64,000 bases of DNA from an uncultured Oscillospiraceae bacterium (GCA_934667095.1 CAKULE010000006.1:1720-65719); one strand, 5' to 3'; shown: positions 51,923 to 63,383, counted from the first letter of the stretch. Numbers and translations: made by a program. The notes: generated by a model not told the origin, from the letters alone.

Positions 51923-54900
51923 TTAAATCTTGTTGAAATACTTGACGGCGGAAGCAAACAGCTTCATGTCGTACTGGTCCGGTACGTTGCGGTACAGGCT
52001 GCCGCCGATGCGCTCGCTGTGGCCCATCTTACCCAGCACCCGTCCATCAGGGGAGGTGATGCCTTCCGCCGCGCAGACGGAGCCGTTGGGGTTGAAGGCG
52101 GTGTCCATGGTGGGCACGCCGTCCAGATCCACGTACTGTGTGGCAATCTGTCCGTTTTCCGCCAGCTGGCGTACCAGCTCGTCCGAGGCGAGGAAGCGGC
52201 CCTCGCCGTGAGAAATAGGCACGGCGTAGACCTCGCCAACCTCCACGCCCGCCAGCCACGGGGACTTGTTGGAACACACCCGGGTGCGGACTATGCGGGA
52301 CTGGTGCCGGCCGATGATATTGTGGGTCAGGGTGGGGCAGGAGGCGTCGGTGTCGATGATCCTGCCGTAGGGCACCAGACCCAGCTTGATGAGGGCCTGG
52401 AAGCCGTTGCAGATGCCCAGCATCAGGCCGTCCCGCCGGTCCAGCAGGGCGGTGACCTGTTCCTTCACAGCGGGATTGCGGAAGAAGGCAGTGATGAACT
52501 TGGCGGAGCCGTCGGGTTCATCGCCGCCGGAGAAGCCGCCGGGGATGGCGATCATCTGGGCGGTCTGGATGAGCTGGGCGAACTGCCGGGCGCTCTGGGC
52601 CACGTGGTCGGCGGTCAGGTTGCGGATGACGAAAATTTCTGCTTCCGCCCCAGCCTCCAGAAAGGCCCGCTGGGTGTCATACTCGCAGTTGGTGCCGGGG
52701 AACACAGGGATGAGCACCTTGGGCCGGGCGGTCTTCACCGCGGGCACGGCCCGGCTGATGGCGGTGTAGGCGAAAGGCTCCACCACCGTGCTGGCCTCGC
52801 CGGCGCGGGTGGGGTAGACCCCCTCCAGCACGCCCTCGTTCAGGGTGCGCAGCTCCTCGACGGACGCCCGGTCGCCGTTGAGGTCGATCTCGGCCGCCGC
52901 CGTGGTGAAGCCCAGCCTGAGGGCATCGGGCAGCTCGCTCTCTGCCTCGGCCACGATGTACCCGGGCATGGCGGCATACCAATCGACGGCCTTGCCGGCC
53001 TCGGCCCGGAAGCCGATCCCGTTGCCGAAGGACATCTTCATCACGGCCTCGGCAAGGCCGTTTTCCACCGCCCATGCGGCGCGGACCGCGCCCTGTCCGC
53101 AGTACTGATGGAACTGCTCCCACTGGTCGGGGCGGAACAGATACACGGGGTGATTGGCTGCCTTGAACTCGGGGGTGAGCACCTCGCCCGCCTTGATGGG
53201 GGCAATGGCGAAGGAGATGAGGGTGGGGGGCACGTCCTTGTCAAGGAAGGAGCCGGACATGGAATCCTTGCCGCCGATGGCGGCGGCCCCCAGCTCCAGC
53301 TGCGCGTCCAGCGCGCCCAGCAGGGCGGCAAAAGGCTTGCCCCAGCGCCGGGGCTCGTCCCGCAGCTTTTCGAAGAACTCCTGCAGGGAGAGGTAGGCCT
53401 TTCGGTAGTCCGCGCCGGCGGCAGCCAGCTTGGCCACGGAGGTGTACACCGCGTTGTAGGCCCCGAGATAGGGGTCGGCGGTCATCTGGTCGGGGTCGCA
53501 GCCCCAAGCCATTACGCTGGCCTGCTCGGTTTTATGGCCGGAAAGTACGGGCAGCAGGGCGGCCATGGACTGGGCGGGGGTGCTCTGTGTCCTGCCACCG
53601 AAGGGCATGGTCACGCTGCCTGCGCCGATGGTGCTGTCGAAGCGCTCGGTCAGGCCCCGGCGGCTGGCGCATTTCAGGCTGCCGGCCATCTCCCGCAGGG
53701 AGCGGAAGGGCAGCCGGCTGTCCGCGGCCTCTCGACCGGGGACCTCCACGGTGGTCCGCTTGGCGGCTCCGTTGGTGTTCAGAAAGGCCCGGGACAGGTC
53801 TGCAATGGTCTGCCCCTTCCAGTGCATGACCATCCGGGGAGATTCGGTGACCACAGCCACACGGTAGGCCTCCAGATTTTCCCGCTCCGCAGCGGCGATG
53901 AAGGCGGCCTCATCTTCGGGGACCACCACCACAGCCATGCGCTCCTGACTCTCGGAGATGGCCAGCTCCGTGCCATCCAGTCCGTCGTACTTCCGGCGCA
54001 CGGCGTCCAGCTCGATCTCCAGTCCGTCGGCCAGCTCACCCACGGCCACGGACACGCCGCCCGCGCCGAAGTCGTTGCACCGCTTGATGAGCCGTGTCAC
54101 AGCCCCATCCCGGAACAGCCGCTGGATCTTGCGCTCCTCGGGGGCGTTGCCCTTCTGGACCTCGCTGGCCATGGTGGACAGGGACTTGGCGTCATGGCTC
54201 TTGGAGGAGCCGGTGGCGCCGCCGATGCCGTCCCGGCCGGTGCGGCCGCCCAGCAGGATGATCACATCGCCGGGGGCAGGGCGCTCCCGGCGGACGTTTT
54301 CCGCGGGGGCCGCGGCCACCACCGCGCCGCACTCCAGCCGCTTGGCGATGTAGCCCTCGTGATAGAGCTCTGCCACGTGGCCGGTGGCCAGACCGATCTG
54401 GTTACCGTAAGAGGAGTAGCCCGCGGCGGCGGTCTGGGCCAGCTTACGCTGGGGCAGCTTGCCGGGCAGGGTGTCGCTCAGAGGCTTGCGGGGGTCGCCG
54501 CCGCCAGTGACGCGCATGGCCTGATGGACGTAAGCCCGGCCGGAGAGGGGGTCCCGGATGCAGCCGCCGATACAGGTGGCTGCGCCGCCGAAGGGCTCGA
54601 TCTCCGTGGGGTGGTTGTGGGTCTCATTTTTGAACATGAGCAGCCAGTCCTGCTCCTCGCCGTCCACCACTGCGGGTACGTGGATGGAGCAGGCGTTGAT
54701 CTCCTCACTCTCGTCCAGTTCAGGCAGCAGACCGCGCTTTTTCAGTGTTTTGGTGCCAATGGTGGCAATGTCCATCAGGGTCTGGGGCCGCTTGGCGGCC
54801 TTCTCTTCGCCGTACACCTCCACCCGAGCGGCCAGATAGCGGTCATAGGCGGCCTGAACGGCACTGTCCCCGATGGTCGCGCGGTCAATGTGGGTGGAGA

Positions 54901-55585
54901 AGGTGGTGTGCCGGCAGTGGTCAGACCAATAGGTGTCTACCACCCGGATCTCGGTGATGGTGGGGTCCCGGTGCTCCTCATCCCGGAAGTAGACCTGCAG
55001 GAATTTCAAATCGTCCAGATCCATGGCCAGTCCCAGCCGGTCCAGCAGGGCGGCCAGCGCAGCCTCATCCATGGCGGTGAAGCCGGTGATGGTCTCCACG
55101 GTGCTGGGCTGCTCGTGCAGGATCTTCAGGGTCTCCGGCAGGTCGAGGGACGCCTCCCGACTCTCCACCTTGTTGATGACATAGGCCTTCACCGCCTCCA
55201 CCTCGGCGGGGGAGAGGGTGCCGTACAGGGCGTAGACCTTGGCGGAGCAGATGATAGGCCGCTCCCCCTGACTGAGCATCTGAATGCACTGGGCGGCGGA
55301 GTCGGCCCGCTGGTCGAACTGGCCGGGCAGGGGCTCCACGGCAAAGAGGGCCGCGGCATCCCCGGCGTCGATGCGGTCGGACACCACATCGATCTGCGGC
55401 TCTGAGAAGACGGTCCGCTTGGCGTAGTCGAACAGGGTGGCATCTATATCCTCTGCGTCATAGCGGTTCCACAGCTTGACGGCGGTGAGGCCGCTCAGCC
55501 CGAGAAAGGAGCGGCAATCGGCCAGCAGTGCGGCCTCTTCCGGGGCGAGGCCAGGCTTTTTCGTGACGTAAACTCGATAGACCAT
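51923..55585 (-). CDS. purL: phosphoribosylformylglycinamidine synthase, single-chain large form (synthetase + glutaminase)
   Basis: 1220 aa. [22 protein letters not shown]-terminal GATase [13 protein letters not shown]...SHGEGRF. Confidence 0.95.
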   Translation of the reverse strand: MVYRVYVTKKPGLAPEEAALLADCRSFLGLSGLTAVKLWNRYDAEDIDATLFDYAKRTVFSEPQIDVVSDRIDAGDAAALFAVEPLPGQFDQRADSAAQCIQMLSQGERPIICSAKVYALYGTLSPAEVEAVKAYVINKVESREASLDLPETLKILHEQPSTVETITGFTAMDEAALAALLDRLGLAMDLDDLKFLQVYFRDEEHRDPTITEIRVVDTYWSDHCRHTTFSTHIDRATIGDSAVQAAYDRYLAARVEVYGEEKAAKRPQTLMDIATIGTKTLKKRGLLPELDESEEINACSIHVPAVVDGEEQDWLLMFKNETHNHPTEIEPFGGAATCIGGCIRDPLSGRAYVHQAMRVTGGGDPRKPLSDTLPGKLPQRKLAQTAAAGYSSYGNQIGLATGHVAELYHEGYIAKRLECGAVVAAAPAENVRRERPAPGDVIILLGGRTGRDGIGGATGSSKSHDAKSLSTMASEVQKGNAPEERKIQRLFRDGAVTRLIKRCNDFGAGGVSVAVGELADGLEIELDAVRRKYDGLDGTELAISESQERMAVVVVPEDEAAFIAAAERENLEAYRVAVVTESPRMVMHWKGQTIADLSRAFLNTNGAAKRTTVEVPGREAADSRLPFRSLREMAGSLKCASRRGLTERFDSTIGAGSVTMPFGGRTQSTPAQSMAALLPVLSGHKTEQASVMAWGCDPDQMTADPYLGAYNAVYTSVAKLAAAGADYRKAYLSLQEFFEKLRDEPRRWGKPFAALLGALDAQLELGAAAIGGKDSMSGSFLDKDVPPTLISFAIAPIKAGEVLTPEFKAANHPVYLFRPDQWEQFHQYCGQGAVRAAWAVENGLAEAVMKMSFGNGIGFRAEAGKAVDWYAAMPGYIVAEAESELPDALRLGFTTAAAEIDLNGDRASVEELRTLNEGVLEGVYPTRAGEASTVVEPFAYTAISRAVPAVKTARPKVLIPVFPGTNCEYDTQRAFLEAGAEAEIFVIRNLTADHVAQSARQFAQLIQTAQMIAIPGGFSGGDEPDGSAKFITAFFRNPAVKEQVTALLDRRDGLMLGICNGFQALIKLGLVPYGRIIDTDASCPTLTHNIIGRHQSRIVRTRVCSNKSPWLAGVEVGEVYAVPISHGEGRFLASDELVRQLAENGQIATQYVDLDGVPTMDTAFNPNGSVCAAEGITSPDGRVLGKMGHSERIGGSLYRNVPDQYDMKLFASAVKYFNKI

Positions 55586-56862
55586 CAGTTCTTTCCCTCC
55601 AGAGCCGCCAGAGCCCTCCCGCCAATGTCCCGGCGGAAGTAGCGGTTTTCAAACTGTACGCCCTCCATCAGGCGGTAGGCCTCCCGGATGGCGTCGGGCA
55701 GGGCGGCCGCGGCAGCGGTGATGCCCAGCACCCGCCCGCCAGAGGTGACCAGCTGGCTGTCCTCCCGCAGCTTGACCCCGGCGACATAGGCGTGGGCCCG
55801 GGCCTCATCCGTCATGGTGATGGGGTATCCGGTATCATATTTCCCGGGATAGCCCTTGGAGGCGGCCACCACGCAGCAGGCCGCGCCGGCGGAGAACTTC
55901 ACGGGGCAGTCCGCCAGTTTCCCGGCCTCCACTGCCTCCATGACGGTGAGCAGGTCGCTCTCCAGCAGGGGGAGCACCACCTGGGTCTCCGGGTCGCCGA
56001 AGCGGCAGTTGTACTCGATGACCTTGGGGCCGTTCTTGGTGAGCATCAGCCCGAAGTACAGGCAGCCCTTGAAGGGCCGGCCCTCGGCGGCCATGGCCCG
56101 GATGGTGGGCAGGAAGATGGTGTCCATGCACACCTGAGCCACCTCGGGGGTGTAGTAGGGGTTGGGGGCGATGGTGCCCATGCCGCCGGTGTTCAGGCCC
56201 TGATCGCCGTCCAGTGCCCGCTTATGGTCCATGGAGGACACCATGGGCACCACGGCCTCACCGTCGGTGAAGGACAACACGGACACCTCCGGACCCTCCA
56301 GAAACTCCTCAATGACCACCCGGCTGCCGGACTCGCCGAAGACCTTGTCTTCCATCATGGCGTGTACGGCGTCCTCGGCCTCCTGCCGGGTCATGCACAC
56401 CAGCGCGCCCTTGCCCAGAGCCAGCCCGTCCGCCTTCACCACGATGGGGATGGGGGCGGAGGACAGATAGTCCAGCGCGGCGGCGGGTTCGTCAAATACC
56501 CGGTAGTCGGCGGTGGGGATGTGGTACTTGTGCATCAGGTCTTTGGAGAAGACCTTGCTGCTCTCGATGGCGGCAGCCTTGGCGTCAGGCCCGAAGCAGC
56601 GGAAGCCTGCGGCGTGGAGGGCGTCTACCGCCCCCAGAGCCAGCGGGTCGTCCGGAGCCACCACCACGAAGTCAGCACTGCACTCCTGCGCGGCCCTCAC
56701 CAGACCGGGGATGTCCTTCACGTTGCCGGGCAGGCAGACGGCGTCTGCTGCCATGCCGCCGTTGCCGGGCAGGGCATAGAGCTGCTCTACCCGGGGGCTC
56801 TCCTTCAGCTTTTTGACGATGGCGTGCTCCCGCCCGCCGGAGCCGATGACCAGTACATTCAT
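55585..56862 (-). CDS. purD: phosphoribosylamine--glycine ligase
   Basis: 425 aa. MNVLVIGSGGREHAI...; ATP-grasp; GGMGTIAP. Confidence 0.95.
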   Translation of the reverse strand: MNVLVIGSGGREHAIVKKLKESPRVEQLYALPGNGGMAADAVCLPGNVKDIPGLVRAAQECSADFVVVAPDDPLALGAVDALHAAGFRCFGPDAKAAAIESSKVFSKDLMHKYHIPTADYRVFDEPAAALDYLSSAPIPIVVKADGLALGKGALVCMTRQEAEDAVHAMMEDKVFGESGSRVVIEEFLEGPEVSVLSFTDGEAVVPMVSSMDHKRALDGDQGLNTGGMGTIAPNPYYTPEVAQVCMDTIFLPTIRAMAAEGRPFKGCLYFGLMLTKNGPKVIEYNCRFGDPETQVVLPLLESDLLTVMEAVEAGKLADCPVKFSAGAACCVVAASKGYPGKYDTGYPITMTDEARAHAYVAGVKLREDSQLVTSGGRVLGITAAAAALPDAIREAYRLMEGVQFENRYFRRDIGGRALAALEGKN

Positions 56863-57057
56863 GAATGTTCAGACCTCGTTTCACAGAATTTCGCGTCAGC
56901 GAAAAAGAGTGGGATTTGTTTTTTCGGGAATTCACTTCTCCGAAAAACACCACGACCCGCGCCGCGGGGCGCGAAACCGGGGGTATCGGGGCAAGCCGCC
57001 GGCGAAGCCGGCACGCAGACCCGTATTCAGGGGGGATTGGATGCCCCCTGGATACTT

Positions 57058-58236
57058 TTAATGGTGGAACAGTCGCAGCCCGGTGAAGCTCAGCACCATG
57101 CCGTACTTGTCGGCGGCGGCGATGACATTGTCGTCCCGGATGGAGCCGCCGGGTTCGGCGATGTACTGCACGCCGGACTTCCGGGCCCGCTCCACGTTGT
57201 CGCCGAAGGGGAAGAAGGCGTCGCTGCCCACGGTGACGCCGCTCTGGGTGGCGATCCAAGCCTTTTTCTCCTGAACGGTCATGGGTTCCGGCTTGACCGC
57301 GAAGGTGTTCTGCCACACGCCGTCGGCCAGCAGGTCCTCCCACTCGTCGGAGAGGTAGACGTCGATGGCGTTGTCCCGGTCGGGGCGGCGGATGGAGGGC
57401 AGAAACTCCAGCGCCAACACCTTGGGGTGCCGGCGGAGATACCAGTTATCCGCCTTGTTGCCCGCCAGCCGGGTGCAGTGGATACGGCTCTGCTGGCCGG
57501 CACCCACGCCGATGGCCTGCCCGTCCTTTACGTAGCAGACGGAATTGGACTGGGTGTATTTCAGGGTGATGAGCGCCACCTTCATGTCCCGCCGGGCCCC
57601 ATCGGGGAGGTCGCGGTTGGCGGAGACAATGTTGTCCAGCAACTCATCGGTGACTTTGGCGTTGTTGTGGCCCTGCTCGAAGGTGACGCCGAACACGTCC
57701 TTGCGCTCCAGCTGGGCGGGGACGTAGTCCGGATCGATCTGGACAACGTTATAGCCGCCCTTTTTCTTGCTGCGGAGGATGGCCAGCGCCTCGTCGGTGT
57801 AGCCGGGGGCGATGATGCCGTCGGACACCTCGGGCTTCAGGTAGGTAGCAGTGGCGGCGTCGCACACGTCAGACAGGGCCGCCCAGTCGCCATAGGAGCT
57901 GAGCCGGTCCGCCCCTCGGGCCCGGATATAGGCGCAGGCCAGCGGGGTGAGCTCCAGACTGTCGTCCACGAAATAGAGCTTCTTGTCCACCTCGCTGAGG
58001 GGCAGACCCACGGCTGCCCCGGCGGGGGAGACGTGCTTGAAGCTGGCGGCGGAGGGCAGGCCGGTGGCCTCCTTCAGCTCCTTCACCAGCTGCCAGGAGT
58101 TGAGAGCGTCCAGCAGGTTGATGTAACCGGGTTTGCCGTTCAGCACGGTGATGGGCAGGTCGGAGCCGTTCCCCATGAACACCCGGGCGGGCTTCTGGTT
58201 GGGGTTGCAGCCGTACTTCAGTTCCAGTTCGTTCAT
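57058..58236 (-). CDS. purH: AICAR formyltransferase (PurH C-terminal-type domain only; no MGS-like cyclohydrolase domain)
   Basis: 392 aa starting MNELELKYGCNPNQ. ...AEPGGSIRDDNVIAAADKYGMVLSFTGLRLFHH is the AICARFT C-terminus. Confidence 0.9.
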   Translation of the reverse strand: MNELELKYGCNPNQKPARVFMGNGSDLPITVLNGKPGYINLLDALNSWQLVKELKEATGLPSAASFKHVSPAGAAVGLPLSEVDKKLYFVDDSLELTPLACAYIRARGADRLSSYGDWAALSDVCDAATATYLKPEVSDGIIAPGYTDEALAILRSKKKGGYNVVQIDPDYVPAQLERKDVFGVTFEQGHNNAKVTDELLDNIVSANRDLPDGARRDMKVALITLKYTQSNSVCYVKDGQAIGVGAGQQSRIHCTRLAGNKADNWYLRRHPKVLALEFLPSIRRPDRDNAIDVYLSDEWEDLLADGVWQNTFAVKPEPMTVQEKKAWIATQSGVTVGSDAFFPFGDNVERARKSGVQYIAEPGGSIRDDNVIAAADKYGMVLSFTGLRLFHH

Positions 58237-58239
58237 GTG

Positions 58240-58872
58240 TCAGTCCCCCAGATTCTTGTTGAAGATGGTCACTGTGCCCCCAACATTGGCGTAGAGGGAC
58301 ACCTTGTTTTCCCCGTTGAGGGCGGTCCAGACGGCCCCGGGCTCCGGCATGGTGACGGGGATGGGTTCCCCGGTGAAGGAGGGCAGCGGGTCCCCGGGCC
58401 CCTGATAGGTGCTGATGAAATAGCCCGTGCCTTCGTCGCAGCCCTCATAGGAGAAGAACTCCCGCAGGCAGCGGCCGTCCTGCCGCTTGAGGATGGACAG
58501 CTCGAAAGAGCCGTCCGCCCGGCACAGGGCGGAGATGCGGGGGGTATAGTTGGGACAGTCGGGCTCGTACTCCCGGGTCTTCAGGGCCTTGCGGAAGCAG
58601 CCCATGTCCCGGATGGTGTCGGTCTGGTCACCGTTGGTGACGATGAGGGAATCCCCCATGGTGCGCACGGGGTGGTAGATGATCAGACTGGGGTCGGACA
58701 GCTTGGCGGGGTCGTGGGCCTCGGTGCGGATGCCATCTTCCGTGGGCACGAAGACCCGGTTGCGGCTGTTCTCGCTGCGGCCCATGATGAAGTAGTATAC
58801 CCGGCCTTTTCCCACCACGATGCCGCGGCCGGGATAGGGATTGTTGCGCAGAAGGTCCAGCAGGTCAGTCAT
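58240..58872 (-). CDS. purO: IMP cyclohydrolase (PurO-type)
   Basis: 210 aa. NPYPGRGIVVGK...YFIMGRSENSRNRVF pattern of PurO-like IMP cyclohydrolases. Adjacent to the domain-split purH. Confidence 0.8.
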   Translation of the reverse strand: MTDLLDLLRNNPYPGRGIVVGKGRVYYFIMGRSENSRNRVFVPTEDGIRTEAHDPAKLSDPSLIIYHPVRTMGDSLIVTNGDQTDTIRDMGCFRKALKTREYEPDCPNYTPRISALCRADGSFELSILKRQDGRCLREFFSYEGCDEGTGYFISTYQGPGDPLPSFTGEPIPVTMPEPGAVWTALNGENKVSLYANVGGTVTIFNKNLGD

Positions 58873-59491
58873 GACAACAGTTCTCCTTTTCCTCGTAAAT
58901 ACGTTTGGCCACCTGTTCGGCGGCCTGGGGCAGCAGGATCCACTCCGCCTGCTCCATCACCCGGCGCTGCAGAGCCTCCGGAGTGTCTCCCGGGAGGACG
59001 TCCACCGCCTTCTGCAGCAGGATATGTCCGCCGTCGGGCACCTCGTTCACGTAGTGGACGGTGGCCCCGGTGACCTTCACGCCGTAGGCCAGCGCCGCCT
59101 CGTGGACGTGGAGGCCGTACATCCCCTTCCCGCAGAAGGAGGGGATGAGGGCAGGGTGGACGTTGAGAATGCGGTTTTCATACCGGCGGGTGAAATCCCC
59201 GCTTAGGATAGACAGGAAGCCCGCCAGAATGATGAGGTCCACACTGTACTCCTCCAGCAGGTCCAGCAGGGCGGCCTCGAAGGCCTCCTGACTGTTGCCG
59301 AGCGCCTTGCGGGACACCACTGCCGACGGGACCCCGGCCTGCGCGGCGCGCTCCAGCGCGTAGACACCTTCCTTGTTGGAGACCACCAGCACGATCTCGC
59401 CGTGGGGGAGCTTCCCGGCCTGCTGGGCGTCCAGCAGGGCCTGCAGGTTGGTTCCGCCGCCGGATACCAGCACGGCGATACGGGTCAGCAC
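58865..59491 (-). CDS. purN: phosphoribosylglycinamide formyltransferase
   Basis: GTG start at 59491 overlapping the purM stop. [19 protein letters not shown]...[14 protein letters not shown]. Confidence 0.9.
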   Translation of the reverse strand: MLTRIAVLVSGGGTNLQALLDAQQAGKLPHGEIVLVVSNKEGVYALERAAQAGVPSAVVSRKALGNSQEAFEAALLDLLEEYSVDLIILAGFLSILSGDFTRRYENRILNVHPALIPSFCGKGMYGLHVHEAALAYGVKVTGATVHYVNEVPDGGHILLQKAVDVLPGDTPEALQRRVMEQAEWILLPQAAEQVAKRIYEEKENCCHD

Positions 59492-60519
59492 AGGACCACC
59501 TTTTCCTCCCCCTGGACAATCTCGCCCAGTACGTAGGCGTCGCAGCCGTTTGCCCGCAGGGCGGCCAGCGCGGCGTCGGCGGTGGCGGCGCTGACGGTGA
59601 GTGTCATGCCCACGCCCATGTTGTAGGTGTTGAACATGTCCCGCTCCGGGATATTGCCGGTGCGCTGGAGCAGGCTGAAGATAGCGGGAGTGCGGATGGC
59701 GGCTTTGCCCAGCTTGGCGCACAGACCGTCGGGCACAGCACGGGGGACGTTCTCATAGAAGCCGCCGCCGGTGATGTGGCTCACGCCCTTCACCTCCGCC
59801 GCGCCGATGGCGGCCAGCACGGGCTTCACGTACAGCAGGGTGGGGGTCAGCAAAGCCTCGCCGAGGGTGGTGCCCAGCTCGTCCACATAGCGGCCGAGGT
59901 CGGCGTGCTCCACGTCAAAGACCTTGCGCACCAGAGAATAGCCGTTGGAGTGCAGCCCGGAGGAGGGCAGGGCCAGCACCACGTCGCCGGGGACCATTTT
60001 ACTGTGGTCGATGACTTTGCTCTTGTCCACGATACCCACGCAGAAGCCCGCCAGATCGTAGTCGTCGGGGCTCATGGTGCCGGGGTGCTCAGCGGTCTCG
60101 CCGCCGATGAGGGCACACCCGGACTGGACGCAGCCCTCTGCCACGCCGGACACCAGCGAGGCGACCTTCTCCGGGTCGTTCTTGCCGATGGCGATATAGT
60201 CCAGAAAGAACAGAGGCTTGGCGCCGCAGCAGATGATGTCGTTGGCGCACATGGCCACGCAGTCGATGCCCACGGTGTCGTGCTTGTCCATCAACTGGGC
60301 GATGCGCTGCTTGGTGCCCACGCCGTCGGTGCCGGAGACCAGCACGGGCTCCGCCATGCCGGTGAGGTCGGGGGCGAACAGGCCGCCGAAGCCGCCGAGG
60401 TCGGAAATGACCCCGGGGATGAGGGTGCGCTTCACATGCTGCTGCATCAGGCGCACGCCCTGATAGCCGGCCTCGATATCTACGCCGGCCTCGCGGTAGC
60501 TCTCAGAAAAGCTGCGCAT
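59485..60519 (-). CDS. purM: phosphoribosylformylglycinamidine cyclo-ligase (AIR synthetase)
   Basis: 344 aa. [11 protein letters not shown]...GTDGVGTK...DYIA. Confidence 0.95.
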   Translation of the reverse strand: MRSFSESYREAGVDIEAGYQGVRLMQQHVKRTLIPGVISDLGGFGGLFAPDLTGMAEPVLVSGTDGVGTKQRIAQLMDKHDTVGIDCVAMCANDIICCGAKPLFFLDYIAIGKNDPEKVASLVSGVAEGCVQSGCALIGGETAEHPGTMSPDDYDLAGFCVGIVDKSKVIDHSKMVPGDVVLALPSSGLHSNGYSLVRKVFDVEHADLGRYVDELGTTLGEALLTPTLLYVKPVLAAIGAAEVKGVSHITGGGFYENVPRAVPDGLCAKLGKAAIRTPAIFSLLQRTGNIPERDMFNTYNMGVGMTLTVSAATADAALAALRANGCDAYVLGEIVQGEEKVVLC

Positions 60520-60521
60520 AG

Positions 60522-62012
60522 TCAGTTCTCCTTTTCACTGATTTTACACTCGAACCGGTCCTTGCCGCCGGGGGCGGGGATCTCGGTGGGGTAGCCGCCG
60601 CCAAAGCAGGCGGTGCAGAAGCCGCTGTGGGTGTTGTCCGCCAGCTTCACCACGTCGTGAAGGCTCAGATAGCCCAGCGAGTCCACGCCGATGATCTCAG
60701 CGATCTCGTCCACGGTGTGGTGGGTGGCGATGAGCTTGTCCTTGTCGTCAATGTCAGTGCCGTAGTAGCACTCGGACACGAAGGGGGGGGCGCTGACCCG
60801 CATGTGGATCTCCTTGGCCCCGGCCCGGCGCAGCAGGTCGATGGTGCGCCGGCAGGTAGTGCCCCGGACGATGGAGTCATCGATGAGGACCACCCGCTTG
60901 CCCTCCACCACGGAGCGCACAGGGTTCAGCTTGATGTTCACCTCGTTCTCCCGCATGGTCTGGGTGGGGGAGATGAAGGTGCGGCCGATGTACTTGTTCT
61001 TGATGAAGCCCATGCCATAGGGGATGCCGCTCTGGCGGGAGTAGCCGAGGGCGGCGTCCAGCCCAGAGTCGGGCACGCCGATGACCACGTCGGCCTGCAC
61101 CGGGTGCTCCAGAGCCAGAAAGGCTCCCGCACGCTGACGGGCCACGTGGACGGAGCTGCCGTCAATGACGGAGTCCGGCCGGGCGAAGTAGATGAACTCG
61201 AACACGCACAGGCTGGAGGGGACGGTCTCGCAGTGGGTCTCGATGCTGCGCACGCCGTTCTTGTCAGCCACCACGATCTCGCCGGGGCGGACATCCCGCT
61301 CGAAGCTGGCGCCGATGGCGTCCAGTGCGCAGCTCTCGGAGGCAAACACTACGCTGCCGTCCTTCAGCCGGCCCATGCACAGGGGGCGGAAGCCGTGGGG
61401 ATCCCGGGCCGCGATCAGCTTGGTGGGGGAGGAGATCACCAGAGAGTAGGCGCCCTTGATCTTGCCCATGGCGGCGGACACGGCGTCCTCGATGGAGGGG
61501 GCCTTCAGCCGCTCCTGCACGATGATGTAGGCGATGACCTCGCTGTCCGTGGTGGTCTGGAAGATGGAGCCCCGGCTCTCCAGCTCCCGCCGCAGTTCGT
61601 GGGAGTTGGTGAGGTTGCCGTTGTGGGCCAGGGCCAGCCGGCCCTTGTAGTGATTGATGAGGATGGGCTGTACATTGCGCTTGTTGTCGCTGCCGGTGGT
61701 GCCGTAGCGCACATGGCCCACGGCGATGTTGCCGGGGCCGAGGGCGGCCAGCCGCTCCGGCGGGAACACCTCGCTGACCAGCCCTACGTCCCGGTAGGCG
61801 GAGAACACTCCGTCGTCGTTCACCACGATGCCGGCGCTCTCCTGTCCCCGGTGCTGGAGGGCATAGAGGGCGTAGTAGGCCAGCGGGGCCACCTGGGCGG
61901 TCTGGGCGGAGTACACGCCGAACACGCCGCACTCCTCGTGGATGTGGCGCTCCTCCCGGCAGGGGGCGGGACAGGCAGCGCAGGCCCCGGTACAGGTTTT
62001 ATTCTCCATCAT
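60522..62012 (-). CDS. purF: amidophosphoribosyltransferase with a 27-residue Cys-rich propeptide
   Basis: The catalytic N-terminal Cys in ECGVFGVYS follows [26 protein letters not shown]. PRTase motif [13 protein letters not shown]. Confidence 0.9.
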   Translation of the reverse strand: MMENKTCTGACAACPAPCREERHIHEECGVFGVYSAQTAQVAPLAYYALYALQHRGQESAGIVVNDDGVFSAYRDVGLVSEVFPPERLAALGPGNIAVGHVRYGTTGSDNKRNVQPILINHYKGRLALAHNGNLTNSHELRRELESRGSIFQTTTDSEVIAYIIVQERLKAPSIEDAVSAAMGKIKGAYSLVISSPTKLIAARDPHGFRPLCMGRLKDGSVVFASESCALDAIGASFERDVRPGEIVVADKNGVRSIETHCETVPSSLCVFEFIYFARPDSVIDGSSVHVARQRAGAFLALEHPVQADVVIGVPDSGLDAALGYSRQSGIPYGMGFIKNKYIGRTFISPTQTMRENEVNIKLNPVRSVVEGKRVVLIDDSIVRGTTCRRTIDLLRRAGAKEIHMRVSAPPFVSECYYGTDIDDKDKLIATHHTVDEIAEIIGVDSLGYLSLHDVVKLADNTHSGFCTACFGGGYPTEIPAPGGKDRFECKISEKEN

Positions 62013-62718
62013 GGTCCAGCAGTCTCTTCATGACCTCGGCGTAGGCGTCCTCCACGCCGCCCAGATCCCGGCGGAAGCGGTCCTTATCCAGTTTCTCGTG
62101 GGTGACGGAGTCCCACAGGCGGCAGGTGTCGGGGCTGATCTCGTCAGCCAGCACGATGGAGCCGTCGGCCACCTTGCCGAACTCCAGCTTGAAATCCACC
62201 AGCGTGACGCCGCACTCGGCCCAGAAGGCCTTCAGCACCTCGTTGACGGCAAAGGCGTACTTCTTGATGGTCTCGATCTCTTCCCAGGTAGCCAGCTTCA
62301 GGGCCACAGCGTGGTAGGCGTTGAGCAGGGGGTCGTCCAGCGCGTCGCACTTGTAGGAGAACTCGATGGTGGGCGCGTCGAACACAATGCCCTCTTCCAC
62401 ACCGTACCGCTTGGCGAAGGAACCGGCGGAGATGTTGCGGATGATGACCTCCAGCGGGACGATGGACACCTTCTTCACCAGAGTATCCCGCTCGGAGAGC
62501 TCCTTGACGAAATGGGTGGGGATGCCCGCCTTCTCCATGCGGGCCATCAGGCGGTTGGTCATCTGGTTGTTGATGACGCCTTTGCCCACGATGGTGCCCT
62601 TCTTGGCGCCGTTGAAGGCGGTGGCATCGTCCTTGTAGCTGACGATCACGCAGTTGGGGTCGTCGGTGGCATAGACCCGCTTGGCCTTGCCCTCATAAAG
62701 CTGTTCCAGTTTCTCCAT
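61999..62718 (-). CDS. purC: phosphoribosylaminoimidazole-succinocarboxamide synthase
   Basis: ATG 62718 (MEKLEQLYEGKAKRVY) 11 nt after AAGGAG. The GTG at 62730 lacks spacing to the RBS. Confidence 0.9.
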   Translation of the reverse strand: MEKLEQLYEGKAKRVYATDDPNCVIVSYKDDATAFNGAKKGTIVGKGVINNQMTNRLMARMEKAGIPTHFVKELSERDTLVKKVSIVPLEVIIRNISAGSFAKRYGVEEGIVFDAPTIEFSYKCDALDDPLLNAYHAVALKLATWEEIETIKKYAFAVNEVLKAFWAECGVTLVDFKLEFGKVADGSIVLADEISPDTCRLWDSVTHEKLDKDRFRRDLGGVEDAYAEVMKRLLDHDGE

Positions 62719-62736
62719 CTTGTTCAGCACTCCTTT

Positions 62737-63234
62737 TTATTCTACGCTGTAAGCGTCCATGATCTCGCGGTCCTTTTTCAGGACCTGTTCGGTCTCTTCC
62801 TTCCGGGCCTGAGCCAACTTGTCCGCAAGGGCCTCGTCGCTGACGGCGAGGATCTCGATGGCCAGCAGGGCTGCGTTCTTGGCCCCGTCGATGGCCACGG
62901 TGGCCACGGGGATGCCGCTGGGCATCATCACCGTGGACAGCAGGGCGTCCATGCCGTCCAGATTGGTGGACTTGCAGGGGATGCCAATGACCGGCAGTGT
63001 GGTGTTGGCGGCCAGCGCTCCCGCCAGATGAGCGGCCATGCCCGCTGCGGCGATGAGAACAGAAAATCCGCTCTCCCGTGCGGACGCAGCAAACACTCTT
63101 GCCTCATCCGGACACCGGTGAGCGGACAACACCCGTACCTCAAAGGGTACGCCGTACTGGCGCAGTACTCCGATGGCCTTTTCCACCACCGGCAGATCGC
63201 TGGCGCTTCCCATAACGACTCCGACTTTACGCAT
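62737..63234 (-). CDS. purE: 5-(carboxyamino)imidazole ribonucleotide mutase / AIR carboxylase catalytic subunit
   Basis: 165 aa. [13 protein letters not shown]...SAHR...[11 protein letters not shown]...PVIGIP. Confidence 0.9.
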   Translation of the reverse strand: MRKVGVVMGSASDLPVVEKAIGVLRQYGVPFEVRVLSAHRCPDEARVFAASARESGFSVLIAAAGMAAHLAGALAANTTLPVIGIPCKSTNLDGMDALLSTVMMPSGIPVATVAIDGAKNAALLAIEILAVSDEALADKLAQARKEETEQVLKKDREIMDAYSVE

Positions 63235-63256
63235 GTGCGTCTCCTCCTCATTTGAG

Positions 63257-63310
63257 AAAATGACAAAAGGGCAGACCGACCCTGTCTAAGGTATGCAGGT
63301 TCGGTCTGCC
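63257..63310 (-). terminator. expression-platform terminator of the ZTP riboswitch
   Basis: In minus sense: GGCAGACCGAAC...GTCGGTCTGCC stem followed by CTTTTGTCATTTT. Its 5' arm overlaps the aptamer 3' end CUGGGCAG. Confidence 0.65.
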
Positions 63311-63383
63311 CAGACGGTCGGCATTTATTATCGTTCCGCTCCCATGGAGTTGATCTCCTGTTTCCGTCAGTCACGGGACGACC
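63306..63383 (-). ncRNA. ZTP (pfl-motif) riboswitch aptamer in the pur operon leader
   Basis: Minus-sense RNA GGUCGUCCCGUGACUGACGGAAACAGGAGAUCAACUCCAUGGGAGCGGAACGAUAAUAAAUGCCGACCGUCUGGGCAG carries the hallmark GACUGACGG...GGGAGC 5' subdomain and the CCGACCGUCUGGGC 3' subdomain. Confidence 0.75.

Noticed and set aside
51872-59073. Two very long plus-strand ORFs (51872-55405, 1177 aa; 55792-59073, 1093 aa) opposite purL/purD/purH
   Set aside because: Their products are Gly/Ala/His/Leu/Val-rich low complexity with no motifs. They mirror strongly recognisable minus-strand genes. This is the usual stop-codon-poor antisense artefact of high-GC DNA.
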